Source of the DNA: Hyphochytrium catenoides
Taxonomy: Eukaryota; Protista; Hyphochytriomycota
Direction: 5' to 3'
DNA: 37,274 bases
Assembly (NCBI GenBank): GCA_900088475.1
Contig: FLMG01000464.1
Coordinates: forward strand, 1 to 37,274
The notes under the pieces were generated by a model. It had not been told where the DNA came from, made no database searches, and saw nothing but the letters and a program-made list of their open reading frames with translations. Each line of letters opens with the position of its first letter. The first letter of the stretch is position 1. The position numbers were made by a program, and so were the translations under genes. Of the stretch, positions 1 through 12,500 are shown piece by piece.

Positions 1-180
1 AGAGAGAGAGAGAGAAACAGATTGTGAGAGAAAAGGGGAGTGAGAGAAAAGGAGAGAGAGGAACCGAGAGAGAGAAACAGAAAGAGATGGGAGAGATGCA
101 GAAACGACAGAGGAAAGAGCAAGAGCCTCCTCCCCCTTGCCAGGAAGAAAGATAAAAGCGAGAGAGAGAAAGAGAGGGAA
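1..180. repeat. (GA)n / purine-rich low-complexity tract at window start
   Basis: Imperfect AG-dinucleotide and GA-rich runs read directly from the sequence. Confidence 0.85.
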
Positions 181-665
181 TAAAAATAAGCTACGTTACC
201 ACTATCTACTTTCTGACTGGAAAGAAGGATAGACAGAGGAAGGCTCGAGAGAGACAGATAAAGGTAGAGATACCGAACGCGCAGCTGGCCCTCCAAGCAG
301 CGGCTTTTGGTCTCCTTCTCTCAGCCAGTTCTGGGACAGAGAGCAAGAGCCTTTCAAAAACCAAGAAACTACCGCTCTTGCCTCTTTACACCTTCTTACA
401 GGCAGAGGTCCACTTGCCGAAGCACAGCTCCCGCCAGAGGAGGTCTGACGGAGTTAGCTCATTCTTAGTGGGGCCCCCAAATGGCAATGATGGGGAGGTA
501 AACAGTCAGATGCGGGCGGTGCTGAGCTTGGAGTGGTCCCTCTTCTCCACTCCCGATCGATGACACACTGAGCACAGCCAACTGTCATGTGCAGCTTGAT
601 CTGACTGACAACCGTTAGCTTCCTGCCAAGGTTGATCCTCCTCCGAGGCACACTCGAATACAGAT

Positions 666-3153
666 ATGTCTGCAGCCACCGTCCTGAGACGACTTGGAGG
701 CAGAGGACTGGCAGCAGGTCTCTGGCACCAGGCTCGTACGCTGAGGCGCTCATACATCCCCTCCCTCTCAGTCTGGAAGGCCAATGGATCCTATTCCTAT
801 GAGCTTGAGGAGTTCTCTCCAGCGGTGCCACTGGATCAGCTTCAAGTTGTCCCTCCCAAACATACTCCCGGGGAAGACCCAGGGCTGGACGTCAAGTTGA
901 CAGAGACCTTTCGCCTCATGTCGCCGTATATCAACGTGCATAGGGGCCGTATTATGGTGTTTCACGTCTGTGGGGAGGCCATAGAGGCTCGAAACTTCAC
1001 CAACTTAATGCAGGATATTGCGTTAGTGAGTACTCTGGGCGTGAAAGTGGTCCTGGTGCTCGGCTGCAGGCCGCAGATCAACTCGCGACTGTTCGCCAAA
1101 GGCATGAAGCCAGAATATGGGAAGCTTCGTCGCATCACGAATCCGGAGACGCTGGACGTTGTCAAAGATGCAGCGGTAAGCTGAGAAGAATAGAGGAGCA
1201 TCCTTCTTGATAACGAGGAGAAAAGAACAGGGCGCTGAAAAGACGACTAGGGTCAAGAGAGAGTGAGAACTGGCGCTTGTTATGTCTCTAAGCCCTTCCC
1301 TTCCCTTTCCTTCGTGTAGGGCTTCGTTCGTGTCCAGGTGGAAAGTGCCCTGACCTGTGGCGTGGTTAACGCGCCGGGAGCTGGCCATCGTCTGAATGTT
1401 ACCTCAGGAAACTTCATTATTGCCCAGCCGGTCGGAGTGCGCGAAGGAATAGATTATTTGTATACTGGGGATGTGCGGAAGATTAACACGGAGAAAATGA
1501 AGGCACTCCTGGACGCTGGAGACGTGGTTGCTGTCTCTAACATTGGATACTCTCACAGCGGAGAAGGTAAGCGATCAGTGGTGCTGAGATGTGAGCATTT
1601 TCTTCGTTATTTCTCAAGGCTCTCTCTATCACTCATCTCCTATTCAACGCTTCAACTGGATATTCGTTACCCTCTCTGCACGGACTCACCTCAATTGGCA
1701 TCAGGAAGGGTATAATCTCTCCTCTCGTTAACGGCTGCCGCTTATACTGTCATTCATACATTTGCCTGATGTCTGTTCCCTCTCCAGTCTTCAACTGCCA
1801 CTCAGAACAGATTGCGACACGATGCGCCATCGAGCTGCAAGCTGCTAAACTTATTTTCCTGCATGAGGGGGAGGAGGTGATGGATGTTAGAAGCGACAGA
1901 AGAGTGAACAACATGCCCCAGAGGTAGACCGCTGTCAATGTCTTTGCTTTGTTTGTCTGTTGCCCTCGCTATGTTTATGAGCTGCATCTTACAATTTTCG
2001 TTGGCTTTTCTAGCACTGCCAGAGAGTTTGTCGAGCGTTTGCGAGGCTCTAAGGAAGCCAACCGTCTTTTCATTTCTTATCTGACGGAAGGGGTGACCGC
2101 TTGCGCGAAAGGCATACAGAGGGTCCACCTTATCAACAGGCACAAGGATGGTACGGTCCTGTCACTCCTGCTCTCAAGGGAGCTATACTTCTGTCTTCAT
2201 TTCTCTGTCTTTTGCTCTCCTACTCAAGAGTTTAGTTCTGCAAGGGACAACCTTTTAGAAGCCCAGGTTTTACCATCCCAACCCGACGTAGTCCTATTCT
2301 TCTGTTAGTTTGTCTACCCTGGCCTCTTGGCACACTAGTAGCTTTCTTTATCTCTACAGGACGTTACTAATAGCACTCCGATATTTAGGTGCCATTTTAA
2401 TGGAGCTATTCACTCGAGACGGCCTGGGTCTCATGATCTCTGGAGATATCTATGATGGGATCAGAACAGCTAAAGATAGCGATATTCCAGGCATCATGCG
2501 GTTGATACAGGTATATATGTTGTCAGCCCCTCCTACCCTCACTCCCAAGCTCATCTCTACCTTCTTGCTGTCCAGCCGCTTCAGGCTCAGGGTCTGCTCG
2601 TGACTCGCAGCCAGGAATCTATTGAGACTGACATTCACAAGTTTTCCGTGTTTGAACGTGATGGTGCTATCCTTGCATGTGCGGCTCTGCACATCTATGA
2701 CGGGAATGTGGCAGAGCTGGCTTGCGTTGCCGTTGATGGTACTTACAGAGGAAGTGGCAAGGTGAGGAGGGCGCACGCGACTCTCTCTTCTTTCCATTTT
2801 ATGCGGTTCCGATAAATTTCTCGTGTCCGCAGGCCTACTTCTCACCACCTTCTTCGTACAGCTACGCCCTGCCTGAATGTAAGCTTTACGACTTATTTCG
2901 TTTATTGCAGGGTAACGCTTTGTTAGGTTACATGCTAAGGAAAGCTCACGCTCTGGGAGTAGAGAAAGTTTTCGTGCTAACTACCCGCACCTCCCATTGG
3001 TTTGTGGAGAGAGGCTTCCAGCCAGCGAATCTATCTGATCTCCCTGCCAGCAAGAGAGAGCAAGTGGATGTTAGAAGGAAGAGCCGTATCTACATGATGG
3101 ACATACAGAGCCAGCGGGCCATTGATGAGAGAGAACTGATGATGCAGCTCTAG
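666..3153 (+). CDS. argA: Amino-acid N-acetyltransferase / N-acetylglutamate synthase (classical AAK + GNAT ArgA type), 7 exons, with an Arg-rich N-terminal presequence
   Basis: Exons 666-1175, 1320-1566, 1788-1923, 2014-2150, 2389-2510, 2576-2761 and 2911-3153 join in frame through GT-AG introns. Motifs SPYINVHRG, GCRPQI, GVREGIDYLYTGDVRKI, RVHLI, ELFTRDGLG, AELACVAV and FVLTTRTSHWFVERGF match E. coli/plant-type ArgA. An in-frame TGA at 633-635 supports the ATG at 666. Confidence 0.95.
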
Positions 3154-3581
3154 CATACCAAAGGCCGGGTGGATTATAGGGATAGCTAGCCGCCCAGATT
3201 GTATACGGCCTATATGTCTCTAGCACTATTCTTTTATTGGCAAAAGAATATCGTGGCCGCCTCTAGACTCCAAGGAAGCACGTCATTTTCTAAACATAAA
3301 AAGTTTGGACAAAGTTAAGAGGTCCATAGAATAGGGCCATCAATGAGGTACCGTGGATGCCACCGGGTCGTGCCCACTTGACGTGGAGTTTGAAAGTACT
3401 ACTCCTTCAAGTGTGTCTGCACAGTTCTCTGCAAAGTAGCCCGCTAACTCTGATAGTCTTCGAATAGCATTATATATTAGGACTCGTGGACAAAATACTA
3501 TCTATGCAGACATCCAAGCAGGAAGGTAACCTGAGCCATAGGAGCTATGTACACAGTTGGCTACACCGCCTGCTGGAGGCT

Positions 3582-6500
3582 TTAAGCCTTTAGGCGGTAC
3601 TGAAAAATAGCTCTCGAGCGGGAGCTGACTGCTAAGAGAAGAAGTCCATTCTGCGTAAACTTGCACTGCGAGACAGGAGACGCAAAGCCGTAGTATTGAG
3701 GGTCATGGTCCTACATCTTACAGTTAGACACAGAATTGACTAGGAAGCAAAAGGCGGCCCTCGACAATATATTCCCAAAACGCCGGTCGACCCACGTGAG
3801 TCCAGACACTTACCTCTGCTTTAAGAACGGGATACCAAGAGAGCCCCAATGAGCCGTCCATTTCTCCGTAAGCAACAAGAACTTTGTCTGGAGAGCGTTC
3901 CACCGCGGTGGGTGGTTCAACGGGTTCCGTGGGCCAGAGACCTTGGACTGGCCAACCAACTGGGCAACTCCAACTGGACCAGGAGACATCTCGAACTGAC
4001 ATCAACTGCTTTATAGCGGAGCCTGTCTCCATGTCCCCTATAAAGATACACAAGGGCAGAAGGGCGGACTGGGATCAGGAGGCATTATTTTCCAGCACAG
4101 GCTGACTGCTATAAGCTTATGTAGGCTTCAGGTTTAGTATCGCCACGGCACCACGCCTCGAATAGACCGAACGAGCAGAGGCAAGTAGGATCGGAAGCGT
4201 ACGTTTAACATCACTTACAGAAACGAAGCTCATACTTCGCGTCCGAGCTCTGCAGCACCTTAGAGTTTGAGGAGAAATCGAGAGAAAGGATCCTCTCATT
4301 GTGACCCTGAAAGCAGTCCAGATTTAGACTTTATATCTGCTATGAAAATTGCCTTTTCCTCAGCTCTGCCGTACCAGACAACTATTCTTCAGTACATAGC
4401 TGGGGACATCAAACAAAAAGATCCCGCCATCTTCTACCCCAGCGGCCAAAGTATGACCATCCGAGGAGAATCGAAGGCAGACCACGGGGTGACTGGGCCC
4501 CTTGGCAGTCGCTACCTGCTTCTCTAGGCTTGACATGAAGACCAAAACCTAGAGGGACGACCGCACAGTTATTAGCTATAAGGGAATGTAGCCAGTACAC
4601 CACAGGGCTTCGCAAGCAGGGAAATGAAACTCAAGGGAGCGAAGAATAGTCCAGAGCGGCGCCCATACCTGTCCGCCCACGCTGCCTACAGCAATGTGAA
4701 CTCCATCGCTTGAGTACGCCACACTCTTAGCCCGGCATGAGGTATGTCGCCTGGCAAGGATTTGCCTGCGGACAGTACGAAAGCAAGAGTGGACTTCTAA
4801 GGGAAGAAATTGAAAGGGCCTTTATAGCAGACAATCATCCGATCGGTAGTATAGAAGCGGGCTGCTGTTCCCTTGTCCGTCTCACCTGCCATACGGATCC
4901 CAGACTTTGAGCTGCTCATCCTCTCCTACCGTAACAAACTCTTGCTTTCGAGGGTGGACAGCCAGAGCGACAAGCTCCCCTCGTGAATGCCCCTGCAGAG
5001 CAGTTTCAGAGGTTCGAAAGACGGTTTAAGGGATGGATGGTCTGTTGTTGGACCGAGACAGAGAGGAGACATGTCGTGCAGGTGGAGAAAAGTCGTAAGG
5101 TCATGTGGGAGGAACGAGAGGACGAGGGACCTAAGGGACCTATCTTCATATGGCATTTTACCTCTAAAATTCTTTGGCAACATCCAGATGAGGAAGACGA
5201 AGTAGTGTCTAGCTGTAGCAGCTCGCCGCCCTTAGTCAGTGTGAGCAGGTACTTCCCTCTGCAAGAGAGGGAGAGAATGCACGGCTCAACAGGAACATCT
5301 TTAAGAATAGTTCCGTCCAATAGGTTGAACTCTTTCAAACGCTGTGCGACAGAAATGGTAAGCGTTATCACCCGGCCTTACGAAGTTTCCATAAAAGGAG
5401 CCATTTGAGGTGACATATGTCCTTAAACGGACACCCTAGACTGGATATAAAGCGAGAGAGGAACATTTGCTCTAGTGGCCAAAGCCCTAAGGGGAGAGCC
5501 CATGTGACTCGCATTCTTAACGACATACTTACCGCCAAGTTTCTATCCCAAAGGGTCACCTTCCCGTCGACTCCACCTGAAACTACACCTTCCCCTCCTG
5601 AGAGAGGCGAAAGGGCGCGGATTGGACCCTACAAAGTAGAGAAGCTTATAGTGACCGTGCAGGACGATAATGTGGAACGGACAATACGAAAAGTAGGTGC
5701 GTCGTGGGTGAATACATGAGGAGTAGACCTCGTGCCTTAGTGGCGATAGCCCAGTGCAGAAAAAGAGAGAAGTGGTTGTCATTCATTCTCTACCTTATGT
5801 GCCATTGTGGTGATAGCGCATGTCTTGCCCTTCCACATGTAAAGAGAGCCATCTGCCTGTGCCGTCACCACATCCGGACCCAAATGGATCACCACAAGAG
5901 AGACACCCTCAGCGTTGCCCTTCTTCCCAAAGATTCCCCTCTTCCCTAGCAGGCTATTTCGCGAGATCTCCCTAACAAAAGCGATAACACACCAAGCACA
6001 ACGTTGCAGATTGAGAAGTGGCATTTCGAGGATGAGATGGGAAGAAGGGATTGACTTAGTGTGGGGGTTCTTACCAGAAGCGTACAGTCCGGACTCCGCA
6101 TGTAACTATCTCGTCCCCTCGGAAGGAAAGACTAAGAATCTATAGAAAATGGCGTTAGGTTGTCAGTCTAGGTGGTCTCTGCCACTACTATTCCATCTAC
6201 TACGCAGGTTTATGCCTCTGCCGGCTCACGTTTCAGCCCTACTTGACGAAGACTGCATCCTTGCTTTACCTTTTCATGACTGAGCACTGCGGTGGCCACC
6301 TTGTTACCATCAGTCTTATGAACAGACAGGCAGGTTCTACTTTCTCTGCCAAAGGAGTAAGAGACAGAAGCAACTTTGTCTCCTGCTCGCTCTCCTCCTC
6401 CTTCCGATTCATTAAACTTGACCATGGTGATGGGGCCAAGGTGCTCTCCAGTTATGGAAAGAATTGGTGAACCGCTGAAGGGATCCCACAGCTGAACCGA

Positions 6501-9500
6501 TGGAGGATCAGCTGCATCTCCAGTTGCTATTAGGTGACCCTTGTAGAATGGAGGATGTCAGACTAAACGAACATACGATTATACAAAGAGAGGAGAACAG
6601 AGGAAGCAAAAAGAAATGCGAGAACTTCCAAACAATGGCGGTTACTCCAAAGGATGACGAAAAATCTCGCTTAAAAATGAGGTCGGTAGCAGGGTGAGAC
6701 CAGGGGCAATGGTACGTTCCTACCTGGGGATGGACATCCATGCATGTGATTTCTCCTTCGTGCTCTGTGTATAGGATCTGAGTTTGGGAGGATGGAGAAA
6801 GGACCACAGCCACGCCGGCCAAAAAATAGCAAAGGCTGAGAGATTCATCCAGATAGTGAACGGATCTGGAGGCGTATTGATTGGGAGCCCCGTACACATA
6901 TTGGAGCTCCAAAGAAGGAGTGGGTTTTCTCTCCTTCTCGTCTAGTTATCCAACCGGGTCCAAGCAAGAGCGAGTAGTGCCGGAAGTGACGACAAGCGCA
7001 CAGAGTCAGCTTGGAGACTATTGGAGACTAACTCAACAGGAAGAGGGGACCCTTGGCCCGTGACAATGAAGGTTACGTGAATAGAATAGAGGACCAGGAT
7101 GCAACAGATCCTCATTGTGGAGACTAAAGAATTGACCAGGGAACATGTCGTTATAGCCAACAAGTGCAGGCTCTACCTTTTTCAGGCTTGTAGTCGCTAG
7201 GCTCTCTTACAGACGCTAACCAGGGTCTGTTATGGTGGTCGAAGTCCCTCCCTTTCGCCCTTGCCTTCCGAAGGTGCCGCTCTGCATCTAGTAGCTCTTC
7301 CAGGACTATTTGGGATCGCAATAAGAGAAAAAGATCGACACAGTGGTTAGCTGGAGCTAGCGACTATAGTGTCAAGAGATGAAGATGACGAGGCGCAAGC
7401 TCAATCCCAAGCTGCCGAAACCTAGTGGATACCGCCTTCCTCTGGCGTTTTGTATAGCCGAAATGGCCCTCACCTGTTTCCGTATGAATGCCAGGGGCTT
7501 CTCTCAAATCAACAGCTACCTTGACTTCTCTATTTGTCTCCTCCATGTCGGTCCTCCACTAAGGCATCGCAAAAGCAAGTAAGGGTCAGGTTGTGGCGGT
7601 TCACTACTTCCGTAAAATTGCGGACGAGACGGCAGGATGAACTGAAGAGTGCCCGCTAGAAGGACAATGGCTCCGTATAGATAAAGGTTGACAGCCAAGT
7701 GGGCGAGAGAGGATGGCTTGGCTTAGTATATCGGGCCAGGGCACGGATTGTAAGAAGCGCTGAAAACCTAGACAGCAATGACGACAGATCTTAATGGACT
7801 TGTATACAGATGCCACTTGCTCAAACCTGCAGGATGCAACCATCCATTGCCACCGAAATAAGATATTTATCATCGCGAGAGTAAGCCAATGCGGAGACGG
7901 ACGCAGCGTGACCAGAGAAGCACTTCTGTCCATTTCTGGAGATGCATGGATAGCGATAGAGCGAGACATCGCCATTCCGCTCCCCTGCTTCGACAGTGCC
8001 ATTAGAACTCAAAAAATTCACAAAGAGGACAGCTTGCCAAGTGGATGACTACAACTCTTAACAAGCTAATGAGTCTGAGAATAGAGAGGGCGAAGGTGAA
8101 CCCAGCAGTTATCGTGGCACCCACCAATAGCAAGTAGTGGAGTAGCAGATGTTCCTCCTTCCGTATTACTCCTTGCAGCACAAGACGGAAGTGTCGTTCC
8201 CTCCTGATCGTAGAGGCCTTGGACCGGCCAACCTACGGTTGAAGTCTGCCCACATGGGAAAAAAGGTTAGCAGTCGGGGGCATCACACCCCACAGGCGAG
8301 AATAGATCGGAGTAATAGCAAGGCTTCAGATTTTAACGCAGAAAAAACACAGAGGACAGACAGAGGGCCGTGGCGCTTATGAACTCCCATGGCGCTCGGT
8401 TCACGTTAATTTTACTTCCGTTTGCTTAGAATGCTTACCCAGCTCGCCCACGTAACGTCCCTAGCTTGAAGGTCAGAAACCTCCTTCGAGCCATCAGCAG
8501 TCCAGTAAGAGATTTCCTTGTCGCCACTAACAGCCTGGAGGACTGAGGAGTCTGCAGCCCAGTCGATGTGCTGGACGTACGAAAAGGAGCGGGGGAAAGG
8601 ACAAAAAATCTCTCGAATGAGCTTGTATGCGACCCCTCCTGCTACTGAATACAGCCGAAGGCCGCCATCGTGGGATCCCGTAGCCAGCAAAGAAGACGAA
8701 GGGGAGAAGCAGAGAGATTGACACCATTTCTTGGCCTCCGTAAGTTCACAGACACGTTCGAGGCCTTGTCCTTTGCGCAGAAAGATTATTACGGGACCAG
8801 ACAGGGTGCCAACAGCGAGATGCACTGAACCTGTTATTGCAGAAAGGAGGTCAATCCGTTAGCGAACAGAGTACTTTATTGTTTGCCAAATACCGAACAA
8901 GAACAACGACTAAGAACGTAGAGAAAGATGTCACCGTATTTGTAGAGATACAGGGGTAATGCGGTCTCAATGTCTCTACCCTCTTTGTCCACCGCCATGG
9001 TGGAGTAGCAGAGTGTCCTTGGCTTTCTCCCAACGTGTAGAAGAAAGCAACATTTCTTTTCCTTCATATCCCAAAGTCGAATTGTTCCATCATGACTCGA
9101 TGAAGCAAATTCTGGGGTCAAAGGGTGAACTGCTAAGCCCCATACCTCCCTCGAGTTGTGATGAGAGAATAGCTGTCGGGCATTTGCAGAGAGGCGTTCC
9201 GAAGGAGGAGGTACGTTAATTTGGTCACGAGAGACTTCTTGGTCTAAATCGGTTTAACATCGAAGAGTAGAAGGTAAGCTCACCTTCTGAATCCTTTCTT
9301 TACCCTTCGCTTCGTCCTTTGCTACTTCTAAAGCGTGCCCTGCCGATGTCGCGGCAAGTAGTCTACCTTCAAAGTATGAGAGACTAAAAGAAGCCGAGTG
9401 AGAGGCAGATAGGCATATAAGACGAAAAGAACCGAACCAGAAGAGTATCAAGGAGAGCGCACGACTTAGGAAAATGTAGTACCTTCTAATAGCAGCTTCG

Positions 9501-12500
9501 GGCAATGTATTCGATCCCTTTAACTTCCCTATATCTACCTTCGCTGGACTATCCGTCTGCGCTGGCTCGCTTGGCCCAGAAACTCCACCTTCGGTGGATA
9601 GGTTAAAGGTATTTAAAAGAATAAGTGGCCTCTTGCTGTCTTTCGCACGTTTTGACGCCATCGTTCCACTTTCTCGGGTACCACTACTGTTAGAAAGCGG
9701 CAGCTGCCACATGTGGACTACGGCATCGTCTCCGCCTAAACAGTCAAGCAAGACAAGCATCAAGAAAGACCGAGTCCAAAGTTTTTAGATCACTCAGCTG
9801 TTACATCACTCAGAAAGATAGTTGTGCAGGACGATAACGAGTCTCTACAAAAGACACCGAAGCAGATGCACCTATACAAGTATACCCGCACATTAATAGA
9901 TAGTCTATTGGCCCCTCTAGCCACCAATGGGCAATAGGGTCAGAGCTATGGAGCAATAAACGAACTTCAAGGAGGGAGTAAGGTGAATCTGGGAAAGGTA
10001 ATCATGACTTCGCTCAGAGAGTCCGTCGCACCTGTCAAAAGTAGGGTATCAACCGCATACATTGTAAGCACTTTGCCAACGTGCGCGGCCTCAACCACTG
10101 CCACAGCGCAGTGGCCCAAGCAGTCCCAAACTAGGAGGTCCCCTGTTGCCGTGCCTGTTACAAGTTGCCTTCCTACTGGTTGGGCGGACAAAGACTGACT
10201 TGACGGGAGAGTGTTTGGAATGATTCCCTGTCAATGACAAAATGTGTGAGGCGGGAGTCGTATAGCGGTAAAGACCAAAATGCTTTCTTCCTTTTACTCT
10301 AAAAGCCCTATATAGTGCTCCTGTATCCTTGAATCTCTTTCAACCGATAAGCCGCCTTACCCTCCTTCTGTTGAGGTTTTTGCTGCCTTGAGAATATGAC
10401 CAGAAAAGGACTTCTCCCGGCTGGCAGGTCACGAAGGAGGAGAAGCCAGGAAGAAAAGTAAACGCATACACTGGGCCGGAGCAATTCTCTGCTTGAGCAA
10501 TAAGATGCCGATTCTTCCAATCATACAGTGAGACTGATGGACAACCAATGTGAAAAGAGGGACGGCGTAGCGTGGTTAGATGCCGGGAGCAGTTTCGTGC
10601 TTTGCCAGACTTGTTCGTCGGTGAATCGATAGCTGCACGGTTCTGAGACTCTTTGTCCAGTACCTGTACTCCACTGATCTAGCCCCACGGCAAGCAGTAG
10701 CTCGCCATGTTGCCCCTCAAACGTCAGAAGTGCAACACCGCAATTCTTCGGCCCATCGAAGGTGCTCAATGTTTGCAAGGTCTCAGAGGACCAGACGCGA
10801 ACGGAAGCTTTATGGCAAACAGAGCCAGTCGCCACTAGCTGACGGTGAGGATGCACAGCCAAGCTGGCAAGATTTATTTGGAGGATGAGACGCAGAAGGA
10901 AGAGGATACGTATGACAATTAGGTTCCAGAAATATCTGAGATCAAGAACAACCAAAGCGAAATATAAGAAGAGAGAAAGAACTATAAGCGCGCAGAGCGT
11001 TAATCAGCACGTACTCAGCATAGGTGAACACTACCTATGAAATCTCTATGGCGTACAAAGAGGTTTAGGAGATAATACCAAGAAGGGAGAGTGTACTCAC
11101 CATGTAATCTCTCCCTCGTGTTGTGAGTAGAAACTTTGTGTCCATTTCACTCGATCTGTCAGCACGGCTAGCCGACCGGCAGGGTGCACTGTGCTACTGC
11201 TCCCTTGAAGGTATTGCAAATTACCTCGACTTACAGCCGAGTTGTGACCGTAGGACCACTCGAGAGCCATACTTGAGTCAGGAGGGTCGCTAAAGAATCC
11301 AAAAGAAGGAGTTGAGAATCATCCATACCAAAATTGGAGGAGACAAGGGCAATGAAATCTTTAAAGAGCTCCTCATGGCATAGCAGAGACGAAAGTACTA
11401 GCCAGCATCGTCACGCACATGGCCCGGCGAACTCCTATCTATATAGTAACAAGATTGACCTTTACCTGAGATCCTTTGTGTAAACGAACTTGGTGGGCTC
11501 AAGAAATGCAGCAAGAGCCCTGGTGTTAGTACTTCTCTCATTCTCCACTGCAGCAAGCTGCGGAGGTAGCGCGTCTAGATTCTTTGCCAAAAAGAGGTGA
11601 GGACACCACTGTACAGGCTATCACGACCAAACCAAGGAAGCCAGAGCAAAGAGCAAGCTGTACATGACCCGAGAAATGAGCGCTCAAGATAAGAGCAGTA
11701 CGTAAATTGACTTTAGCGCTCATAGAGAATTAAGAAGCAGGAACAAGAAGTAGGAACGAGAAAACGCGTCAAAGGTGAGGTTTGAACAAGTTTCCCATTG
11801 GGCAAAGAGATCCAGCTTCTTACGTGAAGGTTTGTAATCCGGGTAGGTCGCAAGGTTGAGCTGTCTTCTTCTTGTTCTGCTCTGTCCCTCCTCCAGACAA
11901 GAATACAGCCATCCTATACGCGGAGAGTACCCGTTCCGGAGTGAGTTTGTTTGGTATGAAGTTTGGCATTAACCTCTTCGTTAACGAAGTTTCATGGTAC
12001 CAAGATCTTTTCTTACCTCGCCTCCTGAGATTAGAAAGGCGTCATTCGAGCTAAAGCAAAGTGCAGTCACGGCACCGTGATGCCCGTTATACTCCTAAGT
12101 AACCCAACATATGTGTAGAAGATGCCGTGAAACACTTTTCAGGAAGGATACCAAGACACATATGCAAATAGGAACGAGTCTTGCCGATATTGAGAAGGAA
12201 AACTGGATATATGTCGATTGGATGCATCGGTGTAAACAGAAGAAGGGTTTCAATGGTACGGTTGTGCAGAGCTTGTTACTGTGAGCCCTTAAAGCCATTA
12301 GGCGGTTCTAGGCAGAAGTAAGTAGCCGAGAGGGGTGTTTACCATTAATGCCATGCCCTCTACCGGAGCTGGAGATCGATAGACCACTATTTTGCCGCTG
12401 TGCAAGCCGACGACAGCAATCTCACGGTCGCGTGATCTTACAACAGAACTAATCCTAGTGCCCCATCTGCTGGCGTCCCCATGAGGGCCTACAGAAATGG

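Noticed and set aside
200-505. Minus-strand peptide SDLLWRELCFGKW resembling the end of an F-box, with nearby splice-like sites
   Set aside because: The frame is closed by stops on both sides and has no start codon. Trial splices end in stops, so no consistent gene model could be built.
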